Source: Octopus sinensis (taxonomy: Eukaryota). From it: 64,000 nt of DNA. This document shows positions 1 to 12,696 of the stretch, piece after piece. Each line of letters opens with the position of its first letter. Position 1 is the stretch's first letter. The stretch lies in assembly GCF_006345805.1 (NCBI RefSeq), contig NW_021833289.1, positions 13,729 to 77,728 on the forward strand. The letters are read 5' to 3'. The position numbers and the translations under genes are program-made. The notes under the pieces are model-generated. The model saw only the letters and a program-made list of their open reading frames with translations, made no database searches and was not told where the DNA came from.

Positions 1-179
1 CGCCTTTAGTCGAGCAAGTCGACCCCAGGACTTATTCTTTGTAAGCCTAGTACTTATTCTATCGTTCTCTTTTGCCAACACGCTAAGTTACGGGAACGGA
101 AACACACCAGCATCGGTTGTTAAGCGATGTTGGGGGGGGGGGCCGACAAACAGACACACAAACATACACACACGTACAT

Positions 180-223
<44 letters not shown>

Positions 224-385
224 TACGATGGGCTTCTTTCAGTTTCCGTCTACCAATACCACTCACAAGGCTTTGGTCGGCTCGAGGCTATAGTAGAAGA
301 CACTTGCCCAAGGTGCCACGCAGTGGGACTGAACCCCGGAACCATGTGGTTGGTAAGCAAGCTACTTACCACACAGCCACTCCTA
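1..385 (-). mobile_element. SINE family A (tRNA-derived head), runs off the window start
   Basis: Minus strand reads head GGAGTGGCTGTGTGG (A box) ... GGTTCAGTCCC (B box), then the family body and an internal (TA)n/(TG)n tract; same layout as the full copy at 22869-23300. Confidence 0.85.
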
Positions 386-959
386 CATATTGTTTTTTTC
401 TTTTTGTTTTTTTTTTGGAAGTTTGGTATTTATTCTGTTGGTGTCTTTTGCCGAACCACTTAGTCACGGGGACACAAACAACAATTGCCAACATGTGAAG
501 ATGAAGATACAGACCCAAAGACAGTTATGTGCATGCGTGTGTGTGTGTATACACGATGGGCTTCCACACAGTTTCCGTCTACCAAATTAATTCACAGGGC
601 TTGGTCAGTATGGAGCTTTAGAGGAAGTCATTTGTCCAAAATGCTCCGCTGAGGGGACTGGCTGGCCCCGAAACCTCATGGTTGCAAAGTGACCTTCTTA
701 ACCACACAGCCATGTCGGCGCTTATAGTTTAGTTATTGGTTGAAAAATTATTTCACTGCTCCAGCATGGCCACACAGGTAACTGGCTGGAACAGGTAGAA
801 ATTGTTATTCAAAGCCTTCCATTCCCATGAACCAATTGATGTTCTGTAAACTCATTAAGTTTAACATGAAATATCAGTTTAGCCTCCACTGGGCGCAGTC
901 TACTCGCCTCTCTGACGGTCTACACATCTATCTGCCAACATTTGTTCATTTATCTGTAC

Positions 960-1280
960 TTATCTCTCTCTCTCTCTCTCTCTTTCTTTCTATTTCTCTC
1001 TCTGTCTCTCTCTTTCTTTCTCTCTCTCTCTCTTTCTTTCTCTGTCTCTCTCTCTCTTTCTTTCTCTTTCTCTCTCTCTCTCTCTTTCTTTCTATTTCTC
1101 TCTCTGTCTCTCTCTTTCTTTCTCTCTTTCTATTTCTCTCTCTTTCTCTTTCTTTCTTTCTCTCTCTCTCTTTTCTTCTCGTTCTCTCTCTCTCTTTGAT
1201 TCTTTCTCTTTCTTTCTTTCTATCTTTCTTTCTCTCTCTTTTCTCTCTCTCTCTCTCCCTCCCCCCATCTCTCTCTCTTT
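960..1280. repeat. Compound (CT)n/(CTTT)n microsatellite
   Basis: Directly visible; explains the SLSL/LFLS ORFs. Confidence 0.95.
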
Positions 1281-1658
1281 CTGTCTATAAGATCCAACAC
1301 CTATATTAACGTTTGCTTTTATGTTCAATTATAAATTTTACATTAATTAATCTGATAAGATACTTGATACTTTTGTTGAGTACAAATTTATTATTCTTAT
1401 ACAAGAATGATAAATCCACATCCATATCTATCTCAAATACACACACACACACACACACGCGCGCATACACACACACACACGTACGTATGTCTGTATGTTT
1501 GTCTCATCTATTATTTAATTGTTATAAATCTTCCACTAAGGAGGGACCCGGTTTCCAACAAAGACACAAAGCTCCATATTTGGGATGTAGTTAACACAGA
1601 CAAATTCACATTTGGAACTTGGGAAAAGTCTTGCATATTTTTACTGTTCCACTCACAG

Positions 1659-1772
1659 ATTGCACTCGTAATGTACCAATCAGCCGGTCGATTTCTCTTT
1701 CTGAAAATCCCAGTTTATCCGGATTTTCCTTTAAGCATTTACTAACAAAACCTAGTGCTCCAATTATCATTG
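1659..1772 (+). CDS. Candidate internal coding exon (phase 1-1, 114 nt): (D)CTRNVPISRSISLSENPSLSGFSFKHLLTKPSAPIII(G); product unknown
   Basis: Non-repetitive sequence; acceptor tttttactgttccactcacAG at 1657-1658, donor GTATGA at 1773; open frame, length divisible by 3. No family recognised. Confidence 0.3.
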
Positions 1773-2389
1773 GTATGAATATGAATTCATAGTCTGGATA
1801 TAGAGGCTGGAGGTTTCGAGGCAGTTGTCCATAAATGTGTGTGTGTGTGTGTGTACTTACTATGTACCATATTTACTGGCAAATCAGAGGAGTTAGTTTC
1901 TATTTTTTTTTTATGGATGGGAATTCAAGTGTTGTAGGCGAAGGATCCAGATGAACGTAAGTCCACTAATCATAATAATTGTTGCTATAATAAAACAATG
2001 AAAGCAAGCAAAAGTATTACATTCTATTAGCACGAAATTATGAAAAATTGCTTATGGTATATTGGCAAGTTATGTGGGGAGATCGCATCTTTTCCTTTCA
2101 CCTCCCTCCCCAGCATAAATAACCCATCTCGGATATGTGTCTTACATTATTTATTGGCTGTGTTACAATTATGAAATATTTCTCTAATTATCTAAATGAA
2201 AAATTCTCCTAGAAAGATTTTTCGATGGATAGGTTGTATTCCATCTAATGTGACTCTACTCAGAAGGCTGTAATATCATTCGACAGGAAACCCGGTATAA
2301 AGAAATGCATGAAACAAGGCGGTAACTTTAAATACCTTTAATGTGGCCACATGTACATACACAAACTGAATGATATATGAAAGTAGTTG

Positions 2390-2815
2390 ATGGCTGTACC
2401 AGACTCCAATCTTGATCTGGCAGTGTTTCTACAGCTGGATGCCCTTCCTAACGCCAACCACTCCGAGAGTGTAGTGGGTGCTTTTACGTGCCACCAGCAC
2501 GAGGGCCAGTCAGGCGGTACTGGCAATGGCCACGTCCAAATGGTGCTTTTTATGTGCCACCTGCACAGGAGCCAGTCCAGCGGCACTGGCAACGACCTTA
2601 TATATATATATATATGTCATCATCATCATCATCATTTAATGTCCGTTGTCCATGCTGGCAAGCTGGAAGGCTGCACCAGACTCCAGTCTGATTTCACATG
2701 GTTTTCTATAGTTTAATGCCCTTTCTAATACCAACCACTCCGAGTGCGTAATGGGTGGTTTTACGTGCCACCGGCACAGGTGCCATTTGTGTGACACCAG
2801 TATCTGCCACATTGG
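2390..2815 (-). mobile_element. Two family C fragments (RTE LINE 3'UTR-derived)
   Basis: Reverse complement of AGGAAGGGCATCCAGCTGTAGAAAC, ~65-bp GTGCC-NNN-GGCAC units and a (CAT)n tail. Confidence 0.8.
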
Positions 2816-2822
2816 CATTGAC

Positions 2823-2858
<36 letters not shown>

Positions 2859-3552
2859 GAATGTTGTTCAGCTGAAATCTATAATGTGTACATCTGATGA
2901 GTGTGGGGCGTTACCTTTACATGAAACTTGGACATCATTTGTTAGTATGATCATCATGAAAGTTGCTCACAAAAGAAACGTGTATCAAAGTGTTCTCAAT
3001 GATACACTTATCTGCTCAATGATACACTTATCAGGGTGGATTAGGTGGCAAGTGTTTCACACTGTCAGCACAAGATCAAGTGGAGTGTGAGCTGTGGTAG
3101 CTGACTGCAAGAAGCTCGGGATTTTAAGCAGACATTCACCCTCAAGTGTTATAACATGGCATGGTTTCTGAAATATACTTACATACATATAGAGCTAGAT
3201 CGATAATATATATATATATATATATCATCATCATCATCATCATCATCACCGTTTAACATCCGTTTTCCATGCTAGCACGGGTTGGTCGGTTCGACCGGGG
3301 TCTGGGAAGCCAGGGGCTGCACCAGGCTCCAGTCTGATCTGGCAGTGTTTCTACAGCTGGATGCCGTTCCTAACATATATATATATATATATATATCTAT
3401 ATATATATTATATATATATATATATATAGATATATATATATATATATATAGACAGATAGATAGATATAGATAGATAGGTAGACAGCCAGAAGGAAAGGAA
3501 GAGTTAGATATGGGAAAACTGAGAAAGAGAGGGGGAAAGACAGAGACACGTC

Positions 3553-3591
<39 letters not shown>

Positions 3592-3821
3592 TGTGTGTGT
3601 CTGCATGCACATATATGTATGTGTGTGTGTGTGTGTCTGTGTGTACATAGTTCATAGATGAGAATCAGATATTCTCTGTATAGAATAAACTTTGTAGTGC
3701 TCAAGAGATTCACACTTGAGCAGATACAAAAGTAAGATGTAAGGATAAGCAAGTTAGGCAGGTCGCTATAGTGACCGGGCTAACTTGCTCTCCTTACATA
3801 TACGTATATGTATATGCATGC

Positions 3822-3864
<43 letters not shown>

Positions 3865-4544
3865 ATATATATATATACATATACATATATATATATATAC
3901 ATATGACATACATATATATATGTATATATGCATTGTATGTATTTTAGTATTATATACATACTAAATACATACATATACATAATATAGATATGCATATGTA
4001 TGCATTAATATGTATATATGTATTATATATATATATATATATATACAAATATATAAATACATGTGCGTGTATATATATATATCATGATGATGATGATGAT
4101 GATATATATAAATATATATATATATATGCATATTTTATAGAGAGCAATAAGAAAATGGAGGGGATCACTTGGTGGTATTCATCAACTTTTAGACATTATA
4201 TTATGTCAACTTATTCATTTATTTACTAAAATGACAGTTACAACAATATACATACATGCATAGCATATTATGCTTACATGTAAAATATATTAATACATAA
4301 AGATACCAGTAATTATTAAAATATATAACATAGAGGAATAGAAATTGCAAAATATCTTACAGCTGTTTCAGCCAAGAGGTAAAAATACCTCAGTCTACCT
4401 TTATCCCTCCATTAGACTGAAGTAATTAGCAGATGAAATTGAGGTACTTGGGTGTTTCTCTAGGCTTCGTCAGAGATTTTAGTACATAAGGTTAAGTTAT
4501 AAATATAAATCCACACATATATACATATGCATACATATACATAA

Positions 4545-5019
4545 ATTGGCTTCCGGCACCAGTTTCGCATAGCCCCTGCCCATTCAAAGTACCTTGGGTC
4601 CCAGAACATTTCGCTGTGCTTGAGAAGACCTGTTGAGTCAAGTGCATGTACATGAACATCGAAACAAATATCAATGGAAATAGTAGTTGTGATACCTGTG
4701 CCGGTGGCACATAAAAAGCACCATCCAAACATGGCCATTGCCAGTGCCGCCTCGACTGGCTTCTGTGCCGGTAGCACATAAAAAGCACCATCCGAATGTG
4801 GCCGATGCCAGTGCCGCCTCGACTGGCTTCTGTGCCGGTGGCACGTAAAAAGCACCCACTACACTCGCAGAGTGGTTGGCGTTAGGAAGGGCGTCCAGCT
4901 GTAGAAACACTGGCAGATCAGACTGGAGCCTGGTGCTGCCCATCGCTTCCCAGACCCCGGTTGAACTGTCCAACCCATGCTAGCGCGGAAAACGGACGTT
5001 AAACGATGATGATGATGAT
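4545..5019 (+). mobile_element. Family C copy with extended upstream 3'UTR
   Basis: Three tandem units, conserved core and (GAT)n tail; upstream GCTGTGCTTGAGAAGACCTGTTGAGTCAAGTG resembles the ORF-end/3'UTR of the RTE copy at 59990-60135. Confidence 0.85.
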
Positions 5020-5330
5020 ATACCTACACTTAAATGTACATACATATTTGCATGTATAAGTATACACAAGAATCAGTTAATGCATTATATTATTCATATT
5101 AGATAAAATATAACCAGAGGTATGAGAAGTTATAAGAGGAGTAATTTTGTAATTTATAAAATCAATATATCTTAAAGTTATTTCAGTTATGCAAGAACGA
5201 AACTGCATATACATGAGGAACATACATATATACACACATACACACACACACACACACAACACACACACATATATATACATATATATTTCCGCTCAAACAT
5301 ACTCATAGGTACATATGTATATCTATATCT

Positions 5331-5376
<46 letters not shown>

Positions 5377-5404
5377 GTACATATATATACGTACATATAT
5401 ATAT

Positions 5405-5590
5405 AACGGGAAGCTTTATGAAAATAAACAAAAGACGAAGGCAGGTGGAGTACAAACAAACAATGTATGGCACTCAGGAATAGAAATAAAACAAGTCTTT
5501 TACGTTTCGAGCCTACGCTCTTCAACAGAAAGATACACAGAAAAGAAACAAGGAGAGAAAAAAAATGCGTGCAGAAGCTAGCAATTCAAC
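5405..5590 (-). mobile_element. Penelope-like terminal-repeat fragment (family F) carrying an HHR-like motif
   Basis: Near-identical, in reverse orientation, to 52895-53105. Confidence 0.65.
5496..5533 (-). ncRNA. Minimal type I hammerhead-like motif, U6 core variant
   Basis: Minus strand: TCTTT CTGTTGA A GAGC-gtag-GCTC GAAA CG TA AAAGA; stem I TCTTT/AAAGA, stem II GAGC/GCTC, palindromic ACGT stem III. Confidence 0.55.
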
Positions 5591-5625
<35 letters not shown>

Positions 5626-6169
5626 TATATATATATATGCGCATATGTATGTATTTAGTATGTTGCTGTTTGTTTAGCCATGCCATAATAAGGATGTTGA
5701 TCTAAGCTAAATCAAGCTGCTATCATCATAAAGAACCAAACCACATCGCACTACCATCCCTCCAGCCATGCCCCACCCACAAAAGTTTAAAAATAGGATT
5801 CCTTAACGAAATCAAATATCTACAATCTTAGTTTGGGTTTAGACACTTCTTTGTTTCTTTCTCCTCTCACCACCACCACCATCATCATCATCGCATTCGT
5901 TATCGTTTAACGTCCGTCTTCCATGCCGGCATGGGTTAGACGCTGTGTCAGGATCTATTGTTTTCCTTGGCATGGTTTCTACAGCTATTAGCCCTTCCTA
6001 ATAATACCAACCACTTTACAGAGTAGACAGGGCACTTTGCATGTGACACCAGTTGCTGGTGAAGTTACCAAATAACTAACAAAACAAACAACCCCTCAAT
6101 TGATGTGAGGGTGGAAGGGCAGTATCAGGGAGGTGGTTTTGTGCCAGCAGAGGGCCAGGAACAAGTGGT

Positions 6170-6657
6170 TGATGCCAGGTTCACCTGACTGGCTTCCGTG
6201 CCAGTGGCACATAAAAAGTACCAACCAAACGTAGCCAATGCCAGTAACCCCACACTGGCTCCCATGCGGATGATACGTAAAAAGCATCAACTGAACATGT
6301 CTGATACCAGTACCCACTGACTGGCTCCCATGGCGGTGGCATGTAAAAAGCACCATCTGAATGTGGTCATTGCCAGTACCCCCACACTGGTTCCTGTGCC
6401 GCTGGCATGTAAAAAGCACCAACCAAGCATGGCCAATGCCAGTACCCACTGACTGGCCCCTGTGCCAGTGGCACATAAAAAGCACCCACTACACTCTCAG
6501 AGTGGTTGGTGTTAGGAAGGGCATCCAGCTGTAGAAACTCTACCAGATCAGATTGGAGCCTGGTGCAGCCATCTGGCTCTCCAGACCTCAGTTAAACCGT
6601 CCCTCCCATACCAGCATGGAAGACGGATAATAAACTATGATGATGATGATGACGATG
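6170..6657 (+). mobile_element. Family C copy with five ~65-bp tandem units
   Basis: Units start near 6187, 6255, 6320, 6385, 6450; then core and (GAT)n tail; many CpG>TpG changes. Confidence 0.85.
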
Positions 6658-6974
6658 GGGGAGAGGCATAGGTGTCTTACTGTGGAATAGAAAGGAGGTT
6701 GAGTTAGGGATTAAGATAAAGGGAACGGAGGAGTCAGGGGTTAAAATAAATAGAGAGAGAAGATGGTGAAGATGTGTTGGGACAAAACTGTTGAGGGATG
6801 CTGGAGATGGTGAGAGTAAGAGGTGATACGGAGGTTTGGACAGGGTGAGTGGGAAAATGATGGAGTAAAGGATGGGGGAGGCACAAGGGTGAGGGTTGGG
6901 GTTAGATATGCAAGGGCTTTGAGGGTGATGTGTAGGTATGTTTGGGTGTGTGTGTGATCATAATCAACAAATAT

Positions 6975-7398
6975 GTTTAACATCCCAACAAATAATATAT
7001 ACACACATACACACAAATGCATACACACACACACATATATGTACACACACACATATATACATACACACACAAGTGCATATACATATATAGGTACACACAC
7101 ATATATACACACACACATATACACACATACATATATACACACATATATATACACACACAACTGCATATACGTATACATGTACACACATATACACACACAT
7201 ACACACACATATATACACACACACACATATACACACACATAAGTGCATATTCATATACAGGTACACACACATACACACATACACAAACACATATACACAC
7301 ACATATACGCACACACATACGCACACACACATTTACACACATACATATACACATACATATATACACACACACACATAAGGGCATATACATATACAGGT

Positions 7399-7429
<31 letters not shown>

Positions 7430-7430
7430 T
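6975..7430. repeat. Degenerate (AC)n/(ATAC)n microsatellite
   Basis: Directly visible; explains the HTHT/CVCV ORFs. Confidence 0.95.
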
Positions 7431-7567
7431 ATATATTTATGCGTGTGTGTGTGGGAAGAGAATGATGTGCTTTTATATGTGTGATTCTTTGAGTGTTGCT
7501 GTTTGTGTGTATGTATATCCTATGTGTCGCACACACACACACACACCCTGACACACTCTATGTATGT

Positions 7568-7602
<35 letters not shown>

Positions 7603-8004
7603 TGTGAATGTTATTTTGTCTCCAAACACCCCACGGTAGAATATTTACTTCTCCAGCGACAGATCTTTCAGCCATTGTTATGATTTAAGAAATTCCGCTC
7701 GATCCCACCCCGCTCCCAGGCATTGACCTTAATAATATAACTTCTAGAAAGCTCCTTGACAGATATATTTAGTCAAGAGACACACATACATCATTTCCCC
7801 ACCCCCTCCGAGAGCCATCCAGTGGCGTTCTAACCAGCAGATAAATGGTGGTGCTAACATACGGCGGCAGCTGAATGTTTGTCAAGCAATAATACACTTC
7901 CAAGCTGTCTTCTGTTTATTATTCAGTTCCAAGTAGGACAAACAGATGTTTGGAACATTTATTTCTGCCAGACAAAAACCTTTCTAAGCAGCAATAGAAC
8001 TCAA

Positions 8005-8752
8005 GAAGGAGGCAAGCTGGCAGAATCATTAGCAGGCAGGGCAAAATGCTTAGCGGTATTTCGTCTGTCTTTACATTCTGAGTTCAAATTCCGCTGAGGT
8101 TGACTGTGCCTTTTATCCTTTCGGGGTCGATAAATTAAGTACCAATTACACACTGGGGTCGATATAATCGACTTAATCCATTTGTCTGTCCTTGTTTGTC
8201 CTCTCTGTGTTTAGCCCCTTGTGGGTAGTAAAGAAATAGATATTTTGTCTGCCGCTATGTTCTGAGTTCAAATTCTGCCGAGGTCGACTTTGCCTTTTAT
8301 CCTTTCGGGGTCGATAAATTAAGTACCAGTCACTCACCAGGGTCGATATAATCGACTTAATCCGTTTGTCCCCTCTGTGTTTAGCTCCATGTGGGTAGTA
8401 AAGAAATAGGGATTTCGTCTGCCTTAACATTCTGGGTTCAAGTTCCAACAAAGTCGACTTTGCCTTTTATCCTTTTGGGGTCTATAAAATAAGTACCAAT
8501 TAAGGACTTGGGTTGATATATATTTCTTTACTACCCACAAGGGGCTAAACATAGAGAGGACAAACAAGGACAGACAAACGGATTAAGTCGATTACATCGA
8601 CCCCAGTGCGTAACTGGTACTTAATTTATCAACCCCAAAAGGATGAAAGGCAAAGTTGACCTCGGCGGAATTTGAACTCGGAACGTAACGACAGACGAAA
8701 TACTGCTACGAATTTCGCCCGGCGTGCTAACGTTTCTACCAGCTCACCACCT
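8005..8752. mobile_element. Cluster of SINE family B copies (tandem + copies 8005-8520, - copy 8521-8752)
   Basis: Repeated GAGTTCAAATTCC (B box) and TTTGCCTTTYATCCTTTCGGGGTCGATAAATTAAGTACCAG core. Confidence 0.85.
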
Positions 8753-8831
8753 ATCAACTTGGGTTGATATAATCAACTTAGTCCCTCTCCCCAAATTGCT
8801 GGCCTTGTGCCAAAATTTGAAACGAATATTT

Positions 8832-9215
8832 GGCATTAGGAAGGGCATCCAGCCATATAAGCCATGTCAAATCAGACTGGAGTCTGGTGCAACCTTTCAG
8901 CTTGCCAGCCCTGGTCAAACTGTCCAACCCATGCCAGCGTGGACAACGGACACTAAATGATGATGATTTAGTGTTTAATATAATCCAAGAAGATGGTGAG
9001 TGAGCAGAATCGTAAGGATGCTGGGTGAAATGCTTAGCAGCATTTCATCTGTTAACCACTCTTGGAGTGGTTGGCGTTAGGAAGGGCATCCAGCTGTAGA
9101 AACTCTACCAGATCAGATTGGAGCCTGGTGCAGCCATCTGGTTTGCCAGACCTCAGTCAAATCGTCCAACCCATTCCAGCATGGAAAGCAGACGTTAAAC
9201 GATGATGATGATGAT
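8832..9215 (+). mobile_element. Two 5'-truncated family C fragments
   Basis: AGGAAGGGCATCCAGC core and (GAT)n tails near 8960 and 9200. Confidence 0.75.
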
Positions 9216-9527
9216 TCTGAGTTCAAATTTCGCTAAGGTCGATTTTGCTTTTCATCCTTTCAGGGTCGATAAATTAAATACGAGCTGAGCACTGGGGTCA
9301 ATGTAATTGACTTACTCCCTCTCCTGAAATTGCTGGCCTTGTGCCAAGATTTGAAACAAAAATATAACTCAAGGGGTTGACTTGAAAGAAATTGTAAGGG
9401 ATTTGGGCAGACAATGTTTTATGCTGTCTTGCATCACATTTGTGGGTTCACATCAGTGGGGTAATGTGGGGGTTGGATTCCCTATGAGGTCACCAAATTA
9501 GTTGCCTCTTTTCTTAAATATAACATA

Positions 9528-9956
9528 CGAGGGTGAGTCCAAAAGAAATGCCATTTTGTTTAGGACAGGTATAATTATTACCAACACAGGAACATGTATC
9601 ATACATCAAAATGAAGCTGGTCCTCTGTGGATCACATCCCTACTTCTCAACTGGAATAATGTTTGCCTCTCAAACCCTCTTTCATGGGGCTGAATAGAGA
9701 TGATAGTCCAGTGATGAGGAAGTGAAAACTGTAGTGGAGATGTGGCTCAAAGAACAGTCAACAGAATTTTACAGGGGAGGAATACATGCTCTCATTCGAA
9801 GGTGGAACATTGCTATTGAGAGAAATGGTGACTATGTTGAGAAGTAGGGGTGTGATCCACAGAGGACCAGCTTCGTTTTGATGTATGATACATGTTCCTG
9901 TGTTGGTAATTATACCTGTCCTAAACAAAATGGCATTACTTTTTGACTCACCTGTG
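9528..9956 (+). mobile_element. Internally deleted mariner element with ~120-bp TIRs and TA target duplication
   Basis: TA|CGAGGGTGAGTC ... GACTCACCTGTG|TA; 9707-9847 encodes SSDEEVKTVVEMWLKEQSTEFYRGGIHALIRRWNIAIERNGDYVEK*, the typical mariner transposase C-terminus. Confidence 0.9.
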
Positions 9957-10340
9957 TACATTTGACTACAGCAAACACACTCATATATAAGATGGCTGCC
10001 CTGTACCATCAGCCCATCCTACATGTTCCACATCTGCCAACTGGCGATCTTTCGGAGAAAGTATATCTAAACTGAAAGTATGTGTCCAACAATTTCTACA
10101 AAAAGTTTTTATTTCTTTAATTTTTTTTAGCTGAACATTGAAACACATGGTTGCATGCACAAGCACACACTCACACTCAAACACACACACACACACATAT
10201 ATATATACACACATATATATATACATGCACATACATAGATACACATATTTTTATGCTTTCAAGAAATGCTTATCTTTATGTATTTTTTCTGTGTGTATGT
10301 GTTTATGTGTGTATGTATGTATGTATGTATGTATGTATGT

Positions 10341-10720
10341 GGAGGCGCAATGGCCCAGTAGTTAGGGCAGCAGACTTGTGGTCACAGGATCGCGGTTTCG
10401 ATTCCCAGACCAGGCGTTGTGAGTGTTTATTGAGCAAAAACACCTAAATCTCCACGAGGCTCCAGCAGGGGGTGGTGGTGATCCCTGCTGTATTCTTTCA
10501 CAACAACTCTCTCTCACTCTTTCTTCCTGGTTCTGTTGTACCTGTATTTGAAAGGGGCCAGCCTTGTCACACTTTGTGTCATGCTGAATCTCCCCCGAGA
10601 ACTACATTAAGGGTACACGTGTCTGTGGACTGCTCAGCCGCTTGCACGTTAATTTCACGAGCAGGCTGTTCCATTGATCAGATCAACCGGAACCCTCGTC
10701 ATCATAACTGACAGAGTGCA
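10341..10720 (+). mobile_element. SINE family D (tRNA-derived head)
   Basis: GGAGGCGCAATGGCCCAGTAGTTAGG (A box) ... GGTTTCGATTCCC (B box); body homologous to 17640-17915, 34811-34990, 35745-36040 and 49598-49973. Confidence 0.85.
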
Positions 10721-11257
10721 ACATATGTATGTATATTTGTGTATGTAAAGATATATAAGTATGTGTTTATGCGTATATATGTATATTTGTGTATGTATGT
10801 GTATGTATCCCTTCAAGGACATAAGAATAGTCGTGTGGGTGCTATAGTAGAAGACATTTGCCGAAGGTTCCATGCAGTGGGACTGAACCCCAAACCATGT
10901 AGTTTGCATGCCAGCTTCTTAACTACACACATCCATGCCTGCACCTGCAAATTCATGCCTGCACCTGTGCATCCACACCTGCATCTGCATGTGTAAAGCA
11001 TTTCCACACCAGATTATTATCAAATACAGAAAGGAATTCCAGCCATGACTTGATGTGTTTTCTTTTATCAAGAGAACATGACAAGCCGAGATCTCATGAA
11101 GCATTGAGTGATAAGACAAATGACTAAGGACTAAAGGTCTTAATCGACATTCAAGATTAATTTCATTTTCATCTGATAAATGCCCAGTTATCATGTGACA
11201 ATCGAGTGGAATCTCAGAAAACTAGTGAAGTTGTGTTGTTAAATTATAATAATAATG

Positions 11258-11291
<34 letters not shown>

Positions 11292-11329
11292 TAATAATAA
11301 TAATGATGATGATGATGATGATAGCAACG

Positions 11330-11544
11330 GTTTCAACTTCTGGCACAAGGCCAGCTATTTCAGGGAAGGGGATTAAATCAATCACATTGACCCCAGTATG
11401 CAACTGGTACTTATTTTATCAACTCCGAAAGGTTGAAAAGCAAAGTCAACCTTGGTACAATTTGAATTTAGTACATAAAAATGGATGAAATACCACTAGG
11501 CATTTTGCCCAGCGTGCTAACAATTCTGCCAGCTCACCACCTTC

Positions 11545-11576
<32 letters not shown>

Positions 11577-12430
11577 CCCGAAGGCATCGTCGAAAATAGA
11601 AATGCAAAGATCCTATGGGATTTTATGATTCAGTGCGACCATGAGATAGAGAATAGGAAACCAGACATAGTCTTAATTGAGAAAGAAAAGAAACTATGCT
11701 GGATCATAGATATAGCATGCCCAGCTGACAATAAGGTATGCGATAAGGAAGAAAGAAAAGTCGAGAGATATGACAGGTTAGCTTGGGAGGTTAAGCAGTT
11801 GTAGTCGATGAAAAAGGTGGTAGTAGTACCAATAATTGTCAGATCCCTGGGAACAGTGAGTAAAAATCTCGAGAAGTACGTGGAACAAATAGGGACTGCA
11901 ATAAGGGGATACTCTGGATGGTGCTCGAAAAATAAGGGGTGTTACTATCTGTGAACAGCTGGCACCATATTACATCTCCAGCAATAGAAGCTGTGCAAAG
12001 ACAATAAATAATAATTATTTCAAATTTTGGCCACAAGGGCAGCTTGGGATGAGTTGATTCAACTGGTACTTATTTTATCAACCCCAAAAGAATGAAAGGC
12101 AAAGTCAACCTCGATGGAATTTGAACTCAGAATGTAGCAACAGGTGAAATACCACTAAGCATTTCATCCAGCGTGCTAACATGTCTGCCGGCTCACCACC
12201 TCGACGACGACGACGATCCTTTCTAGTGGTAGCACAAGGCTTCAAATATGGGTGAAGGGATTAAGTTAATTATATCGACCTTGGTGAGTAACTGGTACTT
12301 ATTTCATCAACCCTGAAAGGATGAAAGGTAAAGTCGGCCTTGGTAGAAATTTGAACTCAGAATGTAAAGATGGATATAATACTGCTAAGGATATTGCCCA
12401 ATGTGCTAACGACTCTGCCAGCTCACCGTG
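11330..12430 (-). mobile_element. Three SINE family B copies (11330-11545, 12040-12205, 12205-12430) around the Dong fragment
   Basis: Reverse complement of the family B head and core in each. Confidence 0.75.
11574..12010 (+). pseudogene. 3' fragment of an R4/Dong-clade non-LTR retrotransposon (restriction-like endonuclease domain), inactivated
   Basis: KPEGIVENRNAKILWDFMIQCDHEIENRKPDIVLIEKEKKLCWIIDIACPADNKV..KVERYDRLAWEVKQL*SMKKVVVVPIIV..LGTVSK; RKPD/IIDIACP motifs; in-frame stop at 11802-11804; preceded by (TAA)n. Confidence 0.85.
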
Positions 12431-12441
12431 TTAAAAATAAA

Positions 12442-12488
<47 letters not shown>

Positions 12489-12653
12489 AAAGTGATGGTA
12501 TGTTGTCAACTTAATGTGACAGTCCCATGAAAGGGAAGAATGCTACTGTTATTTAGCCCTGGGAAACACCGTTTCCAGCTGGCCAGGACACATTTTCTGT
12601 GTCCTTATGTTTTCAAAGGGGGAGATAAGCACCTCTGCCCAGCAAAGCCAGAA

Positions 12654-12696
12654 TCCAGAGACTAGTTTCAGAGTCATTGCTCATCATCAGTCTGGA
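12654..12696 (-). ncRNA. Minimal type I hammerhead ribozyme, intact core
   Basis: Minus strand: TCCAGA CTGATGA T GAG-caatga-CTC T GAAA C-TA-G TC TCTGGA; 6-bp stem I, GUC triplet, predicted cut between 12660 and 12659. Confidence 0.75.

Noticed and set aside
2893-2945. CTGATGA ... GAAAC hammerhead-like match
   Set aside because: No properly placed NUH triplet, palindromic stem III or stem I; probably chance.
10341-10415. tRNA-like sequences at the heads of families A, B and D
   Set aside because: They continue into shared repeat bodies and tails and lack a clean cloverleaf; they are SINE heads, not tRNA genes.
10919-11221. ~100-codon open frame on the minus strand (FSEIPLDCHMITGHLSDENEINLECRLRP...)
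   Set aside because: Weak donor, partial overlap with a low-complexity repeat and no recognised motif; compatible with chance.
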